A model generated the notes under the pieces. The model did not search any database and had not been told where the DNA came from. It worked only from the letters and a program-made list of their open reading frames with translations. Below are positions 35,912-49,148 of a stretch of DNA of 64,000 nucleotides, one piece after another (within the stretch, counting starts at the first letter, position 1; each line of letters begins with the position of its first letter). Source of the stretch: Octopus sinensis (Eukaryota); NCBI RefSeq assembly GCF_006345805.1, contig NC_042997.1, positions 114,638,001-114,702,000 on the forward strand, written 5' to 3'. Position numbers and translations under genes: made by a program.

Positions 35912-38900
35912 ACTTATTTTGATGTGTGCATATATATATATATATATAAGGTGTGCATAATTGAAGCAGCATTAAATTGAAATAATCCGCTATGTATCAT
36001 AATTAATAGATGTACACTTTTGACAGGCAAGATGCTGCAGGACCCCTAAGGGTCATACGGACCCTGCTTGAGAACCATTGATCTAACCCATACTATTCTG
36101 GACAAAATGGACACAGAATGAACAAATGAAATGCTTGCTAATCATCATCGTCATCATTGTTGTCGTTTAACATCCACTGTCCATGCTGGCATTGGGTGAA
36201 CGGTTTGACTGAAAACTGGCAAGGCGGTAGGCTGCACCAGACTCCAATCTGATTTGAAAAGGTTTCTACAGCTGGAAGCCTTTCATAATGCCGACCACTC
36301 TGCGAGTGTAGTGGGTGCCTTTTACGTGCCACCGGCACAGGAGCCAGTAAGTCAGCAGTGGTGTCGGTTACGTTCAAATGATGCTCTTTATGTGCTATTG
36401 GCATCGGCAACGCTCGAATAGTGCTTTTTACATGCCAGTCAGTCAGCACTGGCATTGGCCACGCTCGAATGGTGCATTTTACATAATGGTAAGTTCTAAT
36501 ATTTGCACAAAACCAAAGAATTTGTTGGAAGAGTACAGTCAAAGTAATCTCAATACACGACTGGTACTTAACAATCCTGGAAAAATAAAAGGCAAAAAAA
36601 TCAGGATGATAAGAATGGTTTCGGACTTAGGCACAAATCCAGTAATTTTAGTGGGAGGGATTTAGTTGACTACTTCGACCCCAGTGCTCAACTGGTATTT
36701 ATTTTATTGCCCCTGAAAGAAAGAAAGGCAAAGTCAACCTCAGCAGTCAGAATACCACGAAGCATTTTCTTTCCCTGATGCTCTGATACTTCAGTTAGCT
36801 TGCCACCTTCTTCATCATCATCATTGTTTAACATCCGCTTTCCATGCTGGCATAGATTGGACAGTTTGACTGAGGGCTGGCAAGCCAGAAGGCTGCACCA
36901 GGCTCCAATCTGATCTGGCAAAGTTTCTACAGCTGGCTGCCCTTCCTAACTAATGCCAACCACTCCAAGAGTGTAGAGGGTGCTTTTTATGTGCCACCGG
37001 CACAAGGGCCAGTCAGGCAGCACTGGCATCGACCACGCTTGAATGGTGCTTTTTACGTGCCACCATCACAGGTTTGCCTCATTGGCATGGCCAGAAGCAC
37101 CAAGAAAGTATTAGATAGTTGAAGAGAACAAATATCATGGTGCTGTAGGCTGCAGGTAGCAAGCCCACTACTTATGCAAAAGTCCAGGAGTCCCAGCAAA
37201 AGCCTGAGTTAAAAGAATATTAATAATAATTAAATACTAAGAAGAATTTAGGATAGTAACTATCTGTCAATCACTTTTCTGAGTTAAAACAAAGATAACC
37301 TGGCTCTCAGGCCTACTTGACTGACAAGAAAACCAATTTATATAAATAAGGTCTGTCACATAAGCTGTTATATGATAATACTTTAAGATACTTGAGTTGA
37401 ATTGTAATAGCCAATGAAATTTGCTTTTAGATCAATTTCCATTCCTTACTGTGGCACTTTAAACACGTGTCTTCTACTATAACCTTCAGTTCAATGTTAC
37501 GTGAGTGAAATCAGGAGAGCAGAAACTGTATGAAAGTATGTCATGCGTGTGTTTGTTACCCCACCAACCAGCTTGCTTGAACACTAGTGTTGGTTTGTTT
37601 ATGACCTCTTAGCAATTCTGTAAAAGTAGTAGACTTAAAAAGTAAATAGGCACAGGAGTGGCTGTGTGGTAAGAAGCTTGCTTCCCAAACACATGGTTCC
37701 GAGTTCAGTCCCACTGTGTGGTACTTTGGGCAAGTGTCTTCTACTATAGCCTCAGGCTGACCAAAGCCTTGTAAGTGGATTTGGCAGACAGAAACTGAAA
37801 GAAGCCTGTCATATGTGTTTGTCACCGCACCATCGCTTGACGACAGATGTTGGTGTGTTTATGTCTCTGTAACTTAGCAGATCAGCAAAAGAGACCAATA
37901 GAATAAGTACTAAAGGCATTGCTCCAGCATGGATGCAGTCAAATGACTGAAACAAGTAAAAGAATAAAAGAATACTGTGGTTGATTTGTTTGACTAAACT
38001 CGTCAAGGTGGTGCACCAGCATGGCCACAGTCCAATGATTGAAACAAGATAAAAGATATCAGTAATGACAATGGAACTAGGATGAATATATTTTTCAGCT
38101 TTTGAGAGTAAAGTGGGGCTAGTTTCGATATGAAATCTCAGCTAAACTACTTCTCCCTGTTACTGGTTCAACCATTTCAGAAACTGCAGTTTGAGGCTTC
38201 TCTTCAGAAAATTGAGATTAATTAATCTCAACAACATTTTTACTACTAAATTTAATTAAATTTGGAATCAAAATACTGCAGTATTCATCATCATTGTTTT
38301 ACCGTGCCAGTGGCACATAAAAGGGCACCATTCGAGTGTGATCGTTACCAGTGTCGCCTTACTGGTACTTGTGCCCATGCTAGTAGGGTACCAGGAGCAC
38401 AGCTTCACCTTACTGGCACTTGTGCCCGTGCTAGTAGGGTGCCAAGAGCACCATCCGAGCGTGATCGTTGCCAGAGCAGCCAACTGGCTCCGTGCCAGTG
38501 GCACGTAAAAGGGCACCATTCGAGCATGATCGTTACCAACGTCGTCTTACTGGCACCTGAGCTGGTGGCATGTGTAAAAAGATTCGAGCGAGGTCATTGC
38601 CAGTACTGCCTGACTGGCCCCCGTGCCGGTGGCACGTAAAAAGCACCCACTACACTCTTGGAGTGGTTGGCGTTAGGAAGGGCATCCAGCTGTAGAAACT
38701 CTGCCAAATCAAGATTGGAGCCTGGTGTGGCTGTCTGGTTCACCAGCCCTAGTCAAAATCGTCCAACCCATGCTAGCATGGAAAGTGGACGTTTATCGAT
38801 GATGATGATGATGTTTCAGATTGGAGCCTGGTACAGCCTCCTGGCTTGCCAGTCCTCAGTCAAACTGTCCAACCCATGCCAGCATGGGTTGAACAAAGTT

Positions 38901-39798
38901 TATTGAGGCAGATTTTTCTACAGCTGGATGCCCTTCCTGTTGCCAACCTTTACTTGTTTCTAAGGAAGGTCATGACTAGACATGTTTTCACAGTAGATTG
39001 GAAACGAAGACATTCATTTACAACAATCATATGTCAGGACAAAGAGACACATACACATACGTACGTGCGTGTATATTCTTTTACTTGTTTCAGTCATCTG
39101 ACTGCAGCCATGCTGGAGCACCACCTTTAATCAAACAAATTGATCCCAGGACTTATTCGTTGTAAGCCTAGTACTTATTCTATCGGTCTCTTTTGCTAAA
39201 CCACTAAGTTACAGGGATGTAAACACACCAACATCAGTTGTCAAGCGATGGTGGTGGGGGGACAAACACGGACACACAAATATATATATATATATATGTA
39301 GGAAGGGCTTCTTTCAGTCTACCAAATCAACTCACAAAGCTTTGGTTGGCTCAGGGATATAATAGAAAACATTTGGCCAAGATACCATGCAATGGGACTG
39401 AAACTAAAACCATGTGATTGGGAAACAAGCCTCATACCACACAGCGATGCCTGTGCTACATTTCCGGATCCCTTAAAGTGAACATCCACTCAATATATTG
39501 TAAGTCAAGAGAGATCCACACCTGTTCATTAATTTCCTATGTCTATAAATAAAATAACTGCATTTAAAAGGAGGCTACTATCTAAAAAAAAAACGTTCCC
39601 CTGCAGGAGGCTACTATTTAAAAAAAAACGTTCCCCTTCAGTGCATGGAGATAAGTTCTGATAAGTTGTTATCTGCAGACAACAAAGAACCCTTTATGCA
39701 CACACACACACACACTACATTTATTTTGACTTTCAAATTATGCTTAGCACTGAATGTTAACTGTCTGTACTCTTGAGAAGTGTGTGTGTATATATGTA

Positions 39799-39847
<49 letters not shown>

Positions 39848-41669
39848 TCTCTCACTCACTGTACAACCAAACATAACAAATAAAAACAGTAACAACAACA
39901 AAAGAAAAACAGATGTACATAAACGGAAACCAAAATGAAAAAAAAAGGGGGTGGTGGAGAAGTGAAACAAAGTCAGGCTCATAAACACAACAAACAAAGT
40001 AAATAGTCATAAGACTGAACCAGACAAAGAACACCAACAAAGAGAGAAACATTTGCAGTATACTTCACTAAAAGGACATTGTGAAGTGGGAGAAAGAAAT
40101 ACCAAAATTAACTGACATCTTAAAGATAACCCCTTTTGATAAAACAGACTCTTACCATATTCAGAAATTAACCTCCTAAAATAATGGCTACACACACACA
40201 AAGTTAAACAACAAAAAGGGCTAATAATAGTGTTTGAGCTGTAGTAACCATTGTTGACATTGACAGGCTATATTTATTGTGGCAGTAAGGGGCCAGAGGA
40301 TGGGAACCTCCTGATATTACTAAGATGAGTACCCAAACTATTATATTATCATCATTTAACAACTGTTTTCCATGCTGGCATGGGTTGTATGGCTTGACAG
40401 GAGATAGCAAGCTAGAGAGCTGTGCCAGGCTCCAGTTTTCTGTTTTGGCAAAGATTAATTTCAAGATGAATGTCCATCTGACTGAAGTCTCAGATTAATA
40501 ATGAACATTTTAGACTTGTGCATTTTAGCTAAATGATGTTCGTAAATAATGATAATTAGAAATTGTCACTTGTGCTGTTGACAGCATCTGCAGATTGTAC
40601 AGGGCCTAACATTTTCTAGAATTGTCCAAACAACACAAAATTCTGTTCTAAAACGTTGATTAAATTTTTAAGGTTGGAATATATTGACCTTTAATGAGTG
40701 TAAAACTAACAATAGGTCCACAAGTTCATATCAATAGAATACACCAGCTTTTATTATTCTTTATAAAGAATAAAATAAGGCAGAAGTTTATACACTGACT
40801 ACAGGGGTGGGTGTGGCCGTGGCTAGAAAAATAGTTATAAGAGAATGAGAGTAATTTGAACAAGGATAGTTTCATAAAGGAACAGCAGAACAAAAGCCTT
40901 TCTATGTATATATTTGGTTTTAGGAAGAGCTTACTGCAGTCTTCCGACTCCTGTCAAACCATCCTACCCATGCCAGCATGGAAGATGGCCATTAAGTGTT
41001 GATGATGATGATGCCAGTCAGACAAAAGGAAAAGAACTAGAAAAAATTAGCAGTAGAGTGGAAAATCCCTACAAGAATGAAACTAGAAAAAGCACAAGTA
41101 AAACAACTAAAAGACAAAAAAAAGAGAAAGTCCTATTCAACAACAGAATGGCGAGATCTTGTCTACAATAATCAGAGTAAGGATCATGACTATGAGAAGG
41201 ACGAGATTCTACAACGATTCATGTAAGATCCAGCCATATCAGGGTTCACAACCTTGCACATAATCCAAAGAACAAATTTCCTTTGACATAGTCCTTTCTA
41301 GTACAGGTACAAGGCCTGAAATTTTGGGTGAGAGACTAGTTCATTACATTGACCCCCAAGGCTCGACTGGTACTTATTTTATCAACTCTGAAAGGATGAA
41401 AGGCAAGGTCAACCTTGGTGGAGTTTGAACCAATGACGTAAAAAACGGGAGAAATGCCACTAAGCACTTTGTCCAGAGTGCTAACGACTCTGCCAATTTG
41501 ATAGCCCACTCCCATTAGCAGTAATCTAAGTAAAAACAGTAAAACAGGATTCTATACACCTGAGCTGAGATATATAAACACTTGATCTGATGTCACAACA
41601 ACTCCCACAAAACCACCCAAAACACAATGGGTTTTTTTTCTTTTTAAAAACAGAATAAGATGATCTCAC

Positions 41670-41765
41670 TTTTATCTTGTCATATTTATCACCAACATCT
41701 TGAATCCAGGAAATAAACTGTCTGCCATTGTAGCGTGATCGAACGTTTTTCTCTCTTTCCTCTAC
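41670..41765 (-). CDS. ANKRD11/12: ANKRD11/12 exon
   Basis: ttatag / gtgag; VEEREKNVRSRYNGRQFISWIQDVGDKYDKIK; phase 0 to 0. Confidence 0.95.
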
Positions 41766-42937
41766 CTATAAAAGAAATAAAAAAAGAATTTAAAAGTTAC
41801 ATATTTATTACATGTCTGACCCCATCAGGGAACACTGGTTACTCAGGTAGCAGAGGGAGATGGTTTCTACAATAATCGGAGTATGGATCATGATCTGGTA
41901 AAAGGACAAAGGAAGTGCTTTAGAAAGGAGCAACTACAAATACTTCAAACTAATATAACAAGTTGTAAAGATAACAAGAAAGTTATTATGACATCACTGG
42001 TTAAAAACAGTTAGCTGAGATGAAATGAAGGTTGGGTGTGTACTAGGATGAAGTACCACTGATGTCCTTTCCCCGAGTGAGACAGCTAGAGGAGAATTTC
42101 TTAGCAAATATCAAATCAAGTTACAGTATGAATACTTGTTGACCTCTGACTGAGTACTATATTCTGAGGTTATGTAATGGCTGAGTTAACTAGGAGTAAA
42201 TGGCTTGTGAGAGCTGGGTGAGCCATGTGCAGAGATGCTGTTAGCTAAGCAAGAGTTAGAAAGGAGTTCAGAGAGAAATTTAATATGCAGATCAGTGTGC
42301 AGGTATCACTTTCCAGATTAATATTCGTGTAAAGAGCTTAGCCTGGACTGCATAGATAGACTATAGACTGGGATTGAGAGAACTATGTCTCAGAGAGAAA
42401 TTAAATGTGTGGGGTCTAGGATGGATCAGAGTCATGGGATGTTAGAGAAGAGGAGAGAGAATTCTCCGAGTTTAGTTTTAGTCTGTAGCATCTTACGAAG
42501 GGTATCAATGTCATAAGGCTAACGGAAACTCAGTACCAGGAGTCTGGCGCAAATGCTTGTATCAGAGCAAACTATGCTCAAAGCACTCACAGACCAACTG
42601 ATCGTGTTAAAGCTGTTGGAGGGGATGTCTAATATTCTCACCCCGTATATAACACTTGTTGATAGAAGAGAGCTGAGTCAGTGCAGGGGACACAGAATTC
42701 ATTGTTAGTTTCTAAAATAGTGATGAAAGACTCACAAACTAAATGTACAAAATGGTATACAGGATGGTGGATAGAAAAGTAGACTTGTTTAGAGTTGTCT
42801 CCCGTATTTGTTGCAAAAATTAAACTACTCGTCCACTAATTGTTTTTTTTATTCTTCCTTGCAATTATTTCCATTTAGCTTTTCAATGCTCTCTGCATTA
42901 ACCTGTTAAAAAACAAAAAAAAAAACTCTGCCAAGAT

Positions 42938-43055
42938 CAAGGATGTCCAACCAGTTGGGTCACATAGCCTTGCTAGAAGCAGCTTAAGATAATATTAATT
43001 TCAACTATCAACTAATAGTAGGGGGTTGCAAGGGCAAAAACGTTGGGCATCGCTG
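42938..43055. mobile_element. Small hAT-type MITE
   Basis: TIRs caaggatgtccaac / gttgggcatcgctg; degenerate 8-bp TSD gccaagat / gcctagaa. Confidence 0.55.
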
Positions 43056-43451
43056 GCCTAGAAGGTGTCTGTGAATAATGTAATATTACACTTGCAGTAT
43101 ACATGTTTCTCTCTCACTCGCTCCATCACTATATTTTGCTTTTTCTTCCTGTACTGCTTTCTATTTATATTTATCACTATTGTGGAAGTTGTGATCATTC
43201 ATACCACAACAATGTCCCATGTCCATTATAAACCTTGGAGATTATTTAAGTGTGTTATGCAATCTCTGAAGATTTTATATGTAATGACCATATGTGGTGA
43301 AATGCTGAGCTGGAGGAGGTTTAAAAGCACATATGTGAATTGATGATGAAAACACTTATAAAACCATATGCAAACACAAATACAGATTTGATTTTTATCA
43401 AAATGACAAAAAATAAATCACTGAACTGAGATAAAGATCTAAATAACAAAC

Positions 43452-43595
43452 CTGTTCCACTTCAATAAGATTATAAATCTCTTCATCTCGAAGTATTGTG
43501 CAAACACTTAAAGGGACTGCTTGATTATTTTGTGCTCTGGCAGCACGTGCATGCTCCCGCAACATCTCTTGCTCAATAGAAAGCATTAACTTTTC
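43452..43595 (-). CDS. ANKRD11/12: ANKRD11/12 exon
   Basis: tcgtag / gtttgt; EKLMLSIEQEMLREHARAARAQNNQAVPLSVCTILRDEEIYNLIEVEQ; phase 0 to 0. Confidence 0.95.
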
Positions 43596-44473
43596 CTACG
43601 AAAATAAAATAAATAAAAAGACAGTGTAAAAGATGACAAAAAGCAAAAACAGAAGCAAATGAGAGAAATTTAACCGAAATTACACAACTTCCAATAATGT
43701 ATTCGTTTACCGTTTATTTAGGTCATAAATCTCAATCATGAAACCTAAAATAGATGCTTTGTATTTTGTTGAAACCTTTAGCATAACATTTCTAATCAGT
43801 TTCAAAACAAAACCTCAAGTTTCTTTACCCTAAAATTCTCTTCAAATATCAACTATTTTTTTGTATCATTTTCACAAAGAGAAAGTGTACAAAATAATTG
43901 AAATTCTCAACAATAAATGTAATAATTTTCCATTAATTATTTAAGGAAATTATAATTAGAGATATAATTGTTAGGTAAAATTATTTAGTTACTCATCAAC
44001 AACCTCTTGTCCAAAATTTTAAAATTCCATATTTTAAACCCAACTGTTTTGGTTTTATTATTAAATGTTTAAGGTAAACACTTGCGTGTTTAGAGTGAAA
44101 CTGTATTTCATCTCTCATGCAGAGATTGATGTCTTATCAGGTAGTGAAACAGCTCCGTATGTGTTCCATGCCCCTGCCACAGTGACATCAGAGCTGCCCC
44201 AAGTACCCACCGATAAATGCAACAAAACTCCTGCACAACAACACAAGCTTTGTTGAGTCAGATGTTTTATTATCTTTTGATGCTCGGTCTAGTTATCTCT
44301 AGGTTCTTTGAGATAACTTATCGAGAATTACATTTCACAACCAGATATTCCGAGATGCTAAAATATAACAGTAGACTGGTTCAGGACACAGCATGTGAAA
44401 CAAGCCCTTCAGCAGACCTCAACTCGTTTCCTTTAAAATACTAATAACCATTCATCTCATTAGATAACATTAA

Positions 44474-44693
44474 CCCTTTTGTTACTGTATTTATTTTGAG
44501 ATGCTCTCTGTTTCTTTCAATTACTTTAAATACAACAAAGAATTTAGTAAAATAACTTAGTTATCATTCAGCTAGTGTTAGGAACATAAATTGTGACTAA
44601 GGTTTGGAGGAAGATTTTAATTCAAAACTTATGAAAACAAGACATTTGTACTCTGAGCCAGAGCCGGTTTCAGCCGGGTTGGTAGCGAAAGGG
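44474..44693. mobile_element. TTAA/piggyBac-type MITE, family 2
   Basis: TTAA flanks, CCCTTT...AAAGGG ends; same family as 60479-60700 and 60732-60946. Confidence 0.85.
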
Positions 44694-44761
44694 TTAAATA
44701 TTCCTAATTAAAAAGTAAATAATTGTACAAACTTAAATTTTAAAAGAATAATTTTCTTTAC

Positions 44762-44860
44762 CTTTTCAATGAGGTGTTGTAATCTTAGCTTATACCGAGC
44801 TTGTTCTTGGTCTAAGAATAAATCTCTCATTGATCCAGTTACTGAATTTGGAGGGGAAAG
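44762..44860 (-). CDS. ANKRD11/12: ANKRD11/12 exon
   Basis: ttgtag / gtaaag; LSPPNSVTGSMRDLFLDQEQARYKLRLQHLIEK; phase 0 to 0. Confidence 0.95.
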
Positions 44861-45625
44861 CTACAATAATAAAAGAAAATAAACAATATATATACGATGA
44901 TAATGACGATATATATATATATAAATTAGAAAAAAAACCCACCTTTTATCAATTCAATAATGAAAAATTATACCATTTAGAAAAATAAACATTATTATTA
45001 TATATATATCAAAATCAAAATCGATCAACATCAATGGAAATCATAGCTCTGATACCAGTGCCGGTGGCACATTGCCAGATCAGACTGGGCCTGATGCAGC
45101 CTTCTGGCTTCCCAAACCCCAGTTGAACCGTCCAACTCATGCTAGCATGGAAAGCAGACGCTAAACGATGATGATGATATATATATATATACACACAGAC
45201 ACACACAAAGTGACAATGTTTCAACTGTATATCATCATTATTGCTTTAACATCCACTCTTTCATGGTACATGGGTCAGATGGAATGCACTGAGGTAGATT
45301 TTGAATGGTTGGATGTCCTTTCCAGTCACCAAACCGCATCTGTTTCCATGCAACTTTCATGAGAGATTGGGAATAAACGACACCATTTGTATGACAGTGA
45401 CAGTTGTTTACAGTTATTACATGACGTCAAGATGAAGAGACAAAAACAGTGCCCCCCCCTCCCACACCATACACACACACAACAGGATTCTTTCAATTTC
45501 CATCTTTCAAATACTATAACAGAAGACACTTGCTCAAGGTGCCATCAAGCGGAACTGACACTAGACGGTTTGGAAGTAAACTTCACAACTACACAGCCAT
45601 GTCCGCACACAAACACATCAGTGTG

Positions 45626-45657
<32 letters not shown>

Positions 45658-48638
45658 CTATAATACTGTTTTTCTCAGTCACAACATACGAATGAGAAAG
45701 GAAGGGGTGATAGATGAATAAGGAAGGAAGGGATGATGGCAAACTGGTAGTGGGAGCATTTCAACTCTGTGTGAGTATATATGTGTGTGTGTGAATGTTT
45801 GCACCAGCATTCTTTCAGTAACAAACGATGAACGCTGTCACATCTCAAAAGACAACCACTAGATAACATTGACAAGTGTATGAATTCAATTTCCTATTCA
45901 TATTTATGTATAAAATTACTACAGTTAGCCGTCATTTTTGGTGGCATGGGGCCAGCTAGTATATATATATATATTAGGGTACCAAAATGTAATATCATAT
46001 TTCAAGCAAATAGTCTGAAGTTACAAATAAACTAATCAGTTTAAAGGTCAGTTTGAAAACTGACCTTATTTAACTGAAATTTAATTTTTGAATTTGTTAA
46101 CCCATATCTTATTTTAATTTGTTTAATTTTTAGATAATCCATGGATGACCAGGACTCCAAAGAATATTAGATTCACCATTAAATGCTTTATGAATTTCAC
46201 ATACAACATTGCCACATGTGTATTGAACAAAACATATGCACTGTAGTTCTAGATAGAGTGAAGAGTATTAAAATATCAGAGGTGGTTTAACAAGGTTAGA
46301 AATAGTGATGTTAATCTCTCTGATAAGCATTGACCTAGAAAATCAACTGTCTTTGATAATTGACATAGCGAAAGCAGCAACTGATGAAGGTTGATGCCAA
46401 AATATCTAGAAACTTAAACCGTAGACCACTGTTCAAGATCTTAAAAAATTGCAAGAGGCTATAGAGAAAAAAGTTGGATACGACATGAATGATAGCTCAA
46501 GAATAAAGCTTTGTGTTAAATAATATAAAACACTTTGATAAGAAAAGCAAACAAAGAAAAAAAAAACTATTTTTTTAAAATGAACTGTAACCAGAGACAG
46601 AAAGTGAATTGTCATTGTCAATGACAGATGCACGTAACAGTGGCTGTCATCAAATGAAACACTGGTCCCAACATCCAAACCGGAGTTGCAGCAAAGAAAG
46701 GCTTTGCTGTGAAATGAGACGATTACAACACATTGTTCACCGAGTTACTAGTAACAGTAGAAAATGCAGGACAGCATAACTTCATTGCTAAGAGCCTGTA
46801 TGTGTAAATCAGGCTCTGTGCAGGAAATATCTAAGTTCTGATCACTGGAAAGAGAGTCATTCTGCATCTCTCTCTCTCTCCCCTCACACACACACACACA
46901 TGCATGCAATTGTTTTCTTTCAGTTTCCATCTATCAAATCCACTCACATTTTGGTTGACTTGGAGATCTAATTAATTATTATCCTCTACAAGGTACAACA
47001 CAGTGAGACTCAACCCAGAACCATGTGGTTGCAGAGTGAACTTCTTAACCACATAGCTATACTTATGCCTGTATATATGTAGATGCACACAAAATGCAAG
47101 ACTGTGTATATGGAGTTTATCTTGTAAGCATGTGGTCCTGAGTTCTATCTCACTATACGGCACCTTAAGTGCCTTCTAATGTGGCCTTGGGTCAACCAAA
47201 GCCTTGTCAGTCGCAATAGTAGATGAAAACTGTATAGGATCCTATCAAATTCATATATGCACATGTTAATGTTTACATTCTGTCTTTGCATGAATGCCTT
47301 GGACTAAAAACGTGCTGATGTGGGTGTGTTCAATCACCTGTTTTACATTGTTTTGTTCATGCTAGCATGGGTTGGATGAATACATATTGTTGAGGTATTG
47401 TTTTACAGCTGGATGCTCTTCCTGTCACAAAACCACACCCATTTTTCAAGTAAGGTTTTTTTTTTTATTTCATGCATCAGAGAAAGTGCAGATCCAAGTT
47501 GTTGATAGGGAATGTCAACAGATGTCATGGTTTTTGCTCAATGCTACTCAATGTAATAATAACCATCTTGTTCTGAAATTGCATACTCAGGATCTTCACT
47601 GCCTTCATGTATACACAGACAGATTTCCTAGGAAGTGGAGACTAACAAAATAGGAAGCAACTCAAATTGATGGACGTCTCTATGTATGAGAAACAATCAC
47701 ATACACTTTCATTCCAGGTTTAGAAAATAAAAAGTCTACCTGGCCACCACTGAAGCTCCTCCACTTTCAGTCAAATCCAAAACTTTAAGGGCTACTACCA
47801 TTAATATTGCCACGAAGAGGAGTAGGACAGGAGATGTAGTGTGAAGACGAGTGAATGAATGTTGCACACAAGAGGTAAGATAGAGGAATGTCTCTGTTCA
47901 ATACTTCATGGGTGAAAACAAAGGTATAAATTCTGGATGATTGCTAATGATGGTGTGGGTGGTATTGATGTAACATTTACAGAGGAATGGATAAAGTAAC
48001 TGAGTGTTTGCTATCAGTATATAAAGGTAGGAGTCATCCCTCCTCTTACCTCTATGTACTGTGAACAAACTCCCTATCCCTCAGGTCACTCTAGCCTCCA
48101 CCGTCTTTCCTTTGGTTATTTTTTCATGATATCCAGCACAATCTTACCATCCACCACACTCATTCTCTCTCCCTTCTTCACCAACAAACAAACAAAACAG
48201 TACACGCTGTAAAGTAGCTGGTGCCATGAAGATTATTCAGCCATAGAAAACATACCACAAAATGGAATGCAAGTGAGACATATAAGAGGGTAGGAACTCC
48301 AAATATAAACTGACTCAAACCATGACAACCCATCTAACTCATGCTAACAGAGAAAGCAGATGTAAAATGGCAATAATAATTATGTTTTATATACACTCCA
48401 ATTCACTAATGCACATGATTCTTCTATACTAGAATTTCTTCAGGTGAATGTTAAGTAACAACTTATTTTATATAGTGATACTGAAATAAAATTTAAACAA
48501 TTTTCTGTGTTACTTAAATTTACCTGTAATTAGAGTAATTTCGAGACAAATATCTCAGATTTATGAACTTCTTGTGGTTTTCCACTTTGGTGTATGAATT
48601 AACAAACCAGTTCTGGTGGCTCCAGAAAACCAGTTTAA

Positions 48639-48857
48639 CCCTGTAGCATTCAGATTCTTCTGTCAAATGTATTTTATTTATTTTCATTGTTTTGAATTAA
48701 TCATGTATTATCTCATAGCTTCAAAATTTCCATGAAGTGATTGTTTAGTTTTAGAATGGCATTGTATGTTAGGCGCAAGAGGATGGATCCAGTCAGTTTG
48801 AACATAAAACAAGTTGAATATTTTGGCTGGATTATGACCAGTTTAAATGCTACAGGG
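48639..48857. mobile_element. TTAA/piggyBac-type MITE, family 1
   Basis: ttaa-ccctgtagcatt ... aatgctacaggg-ttaa. Confidence 0.85.
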
Positions 48858-49019
48858 TTAAATTAATGGATAGGTTAAATTCCAAATGGATTTAGAAAAC
48901 TTTCAATATCAACAGAGAAAATTACAGAATAAGAGAGTTAATTCAGTAATTAAATAGAAATCATAATTAAAGATGCGAGTAAAAACAAAGAAATTCCATG
49001 TTTAAACTATAAAACTAAC

Positions 49020-49148
49020 CATAGGAACAGATAAAGTGCTGGCAGAATTTCCTTGTAACACATAACTACAACTCATCATTAAATAGTCCTTGAATCCCTG
49101 GGGAGCTTTTGGATGAACAACTGTTAAGTTTTTCCGTCGATCTTCGAC
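49020..49148 (-). CDS. ANKRD11/12: ANKRD11/12 exon
   Basis: tgacag / gttagt; VEDRRKNLTVVHPKAPQGFKDYLMMSCSYVLQGNSASTLSVPM; phase 0 to 0. Confidence 0.95.
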
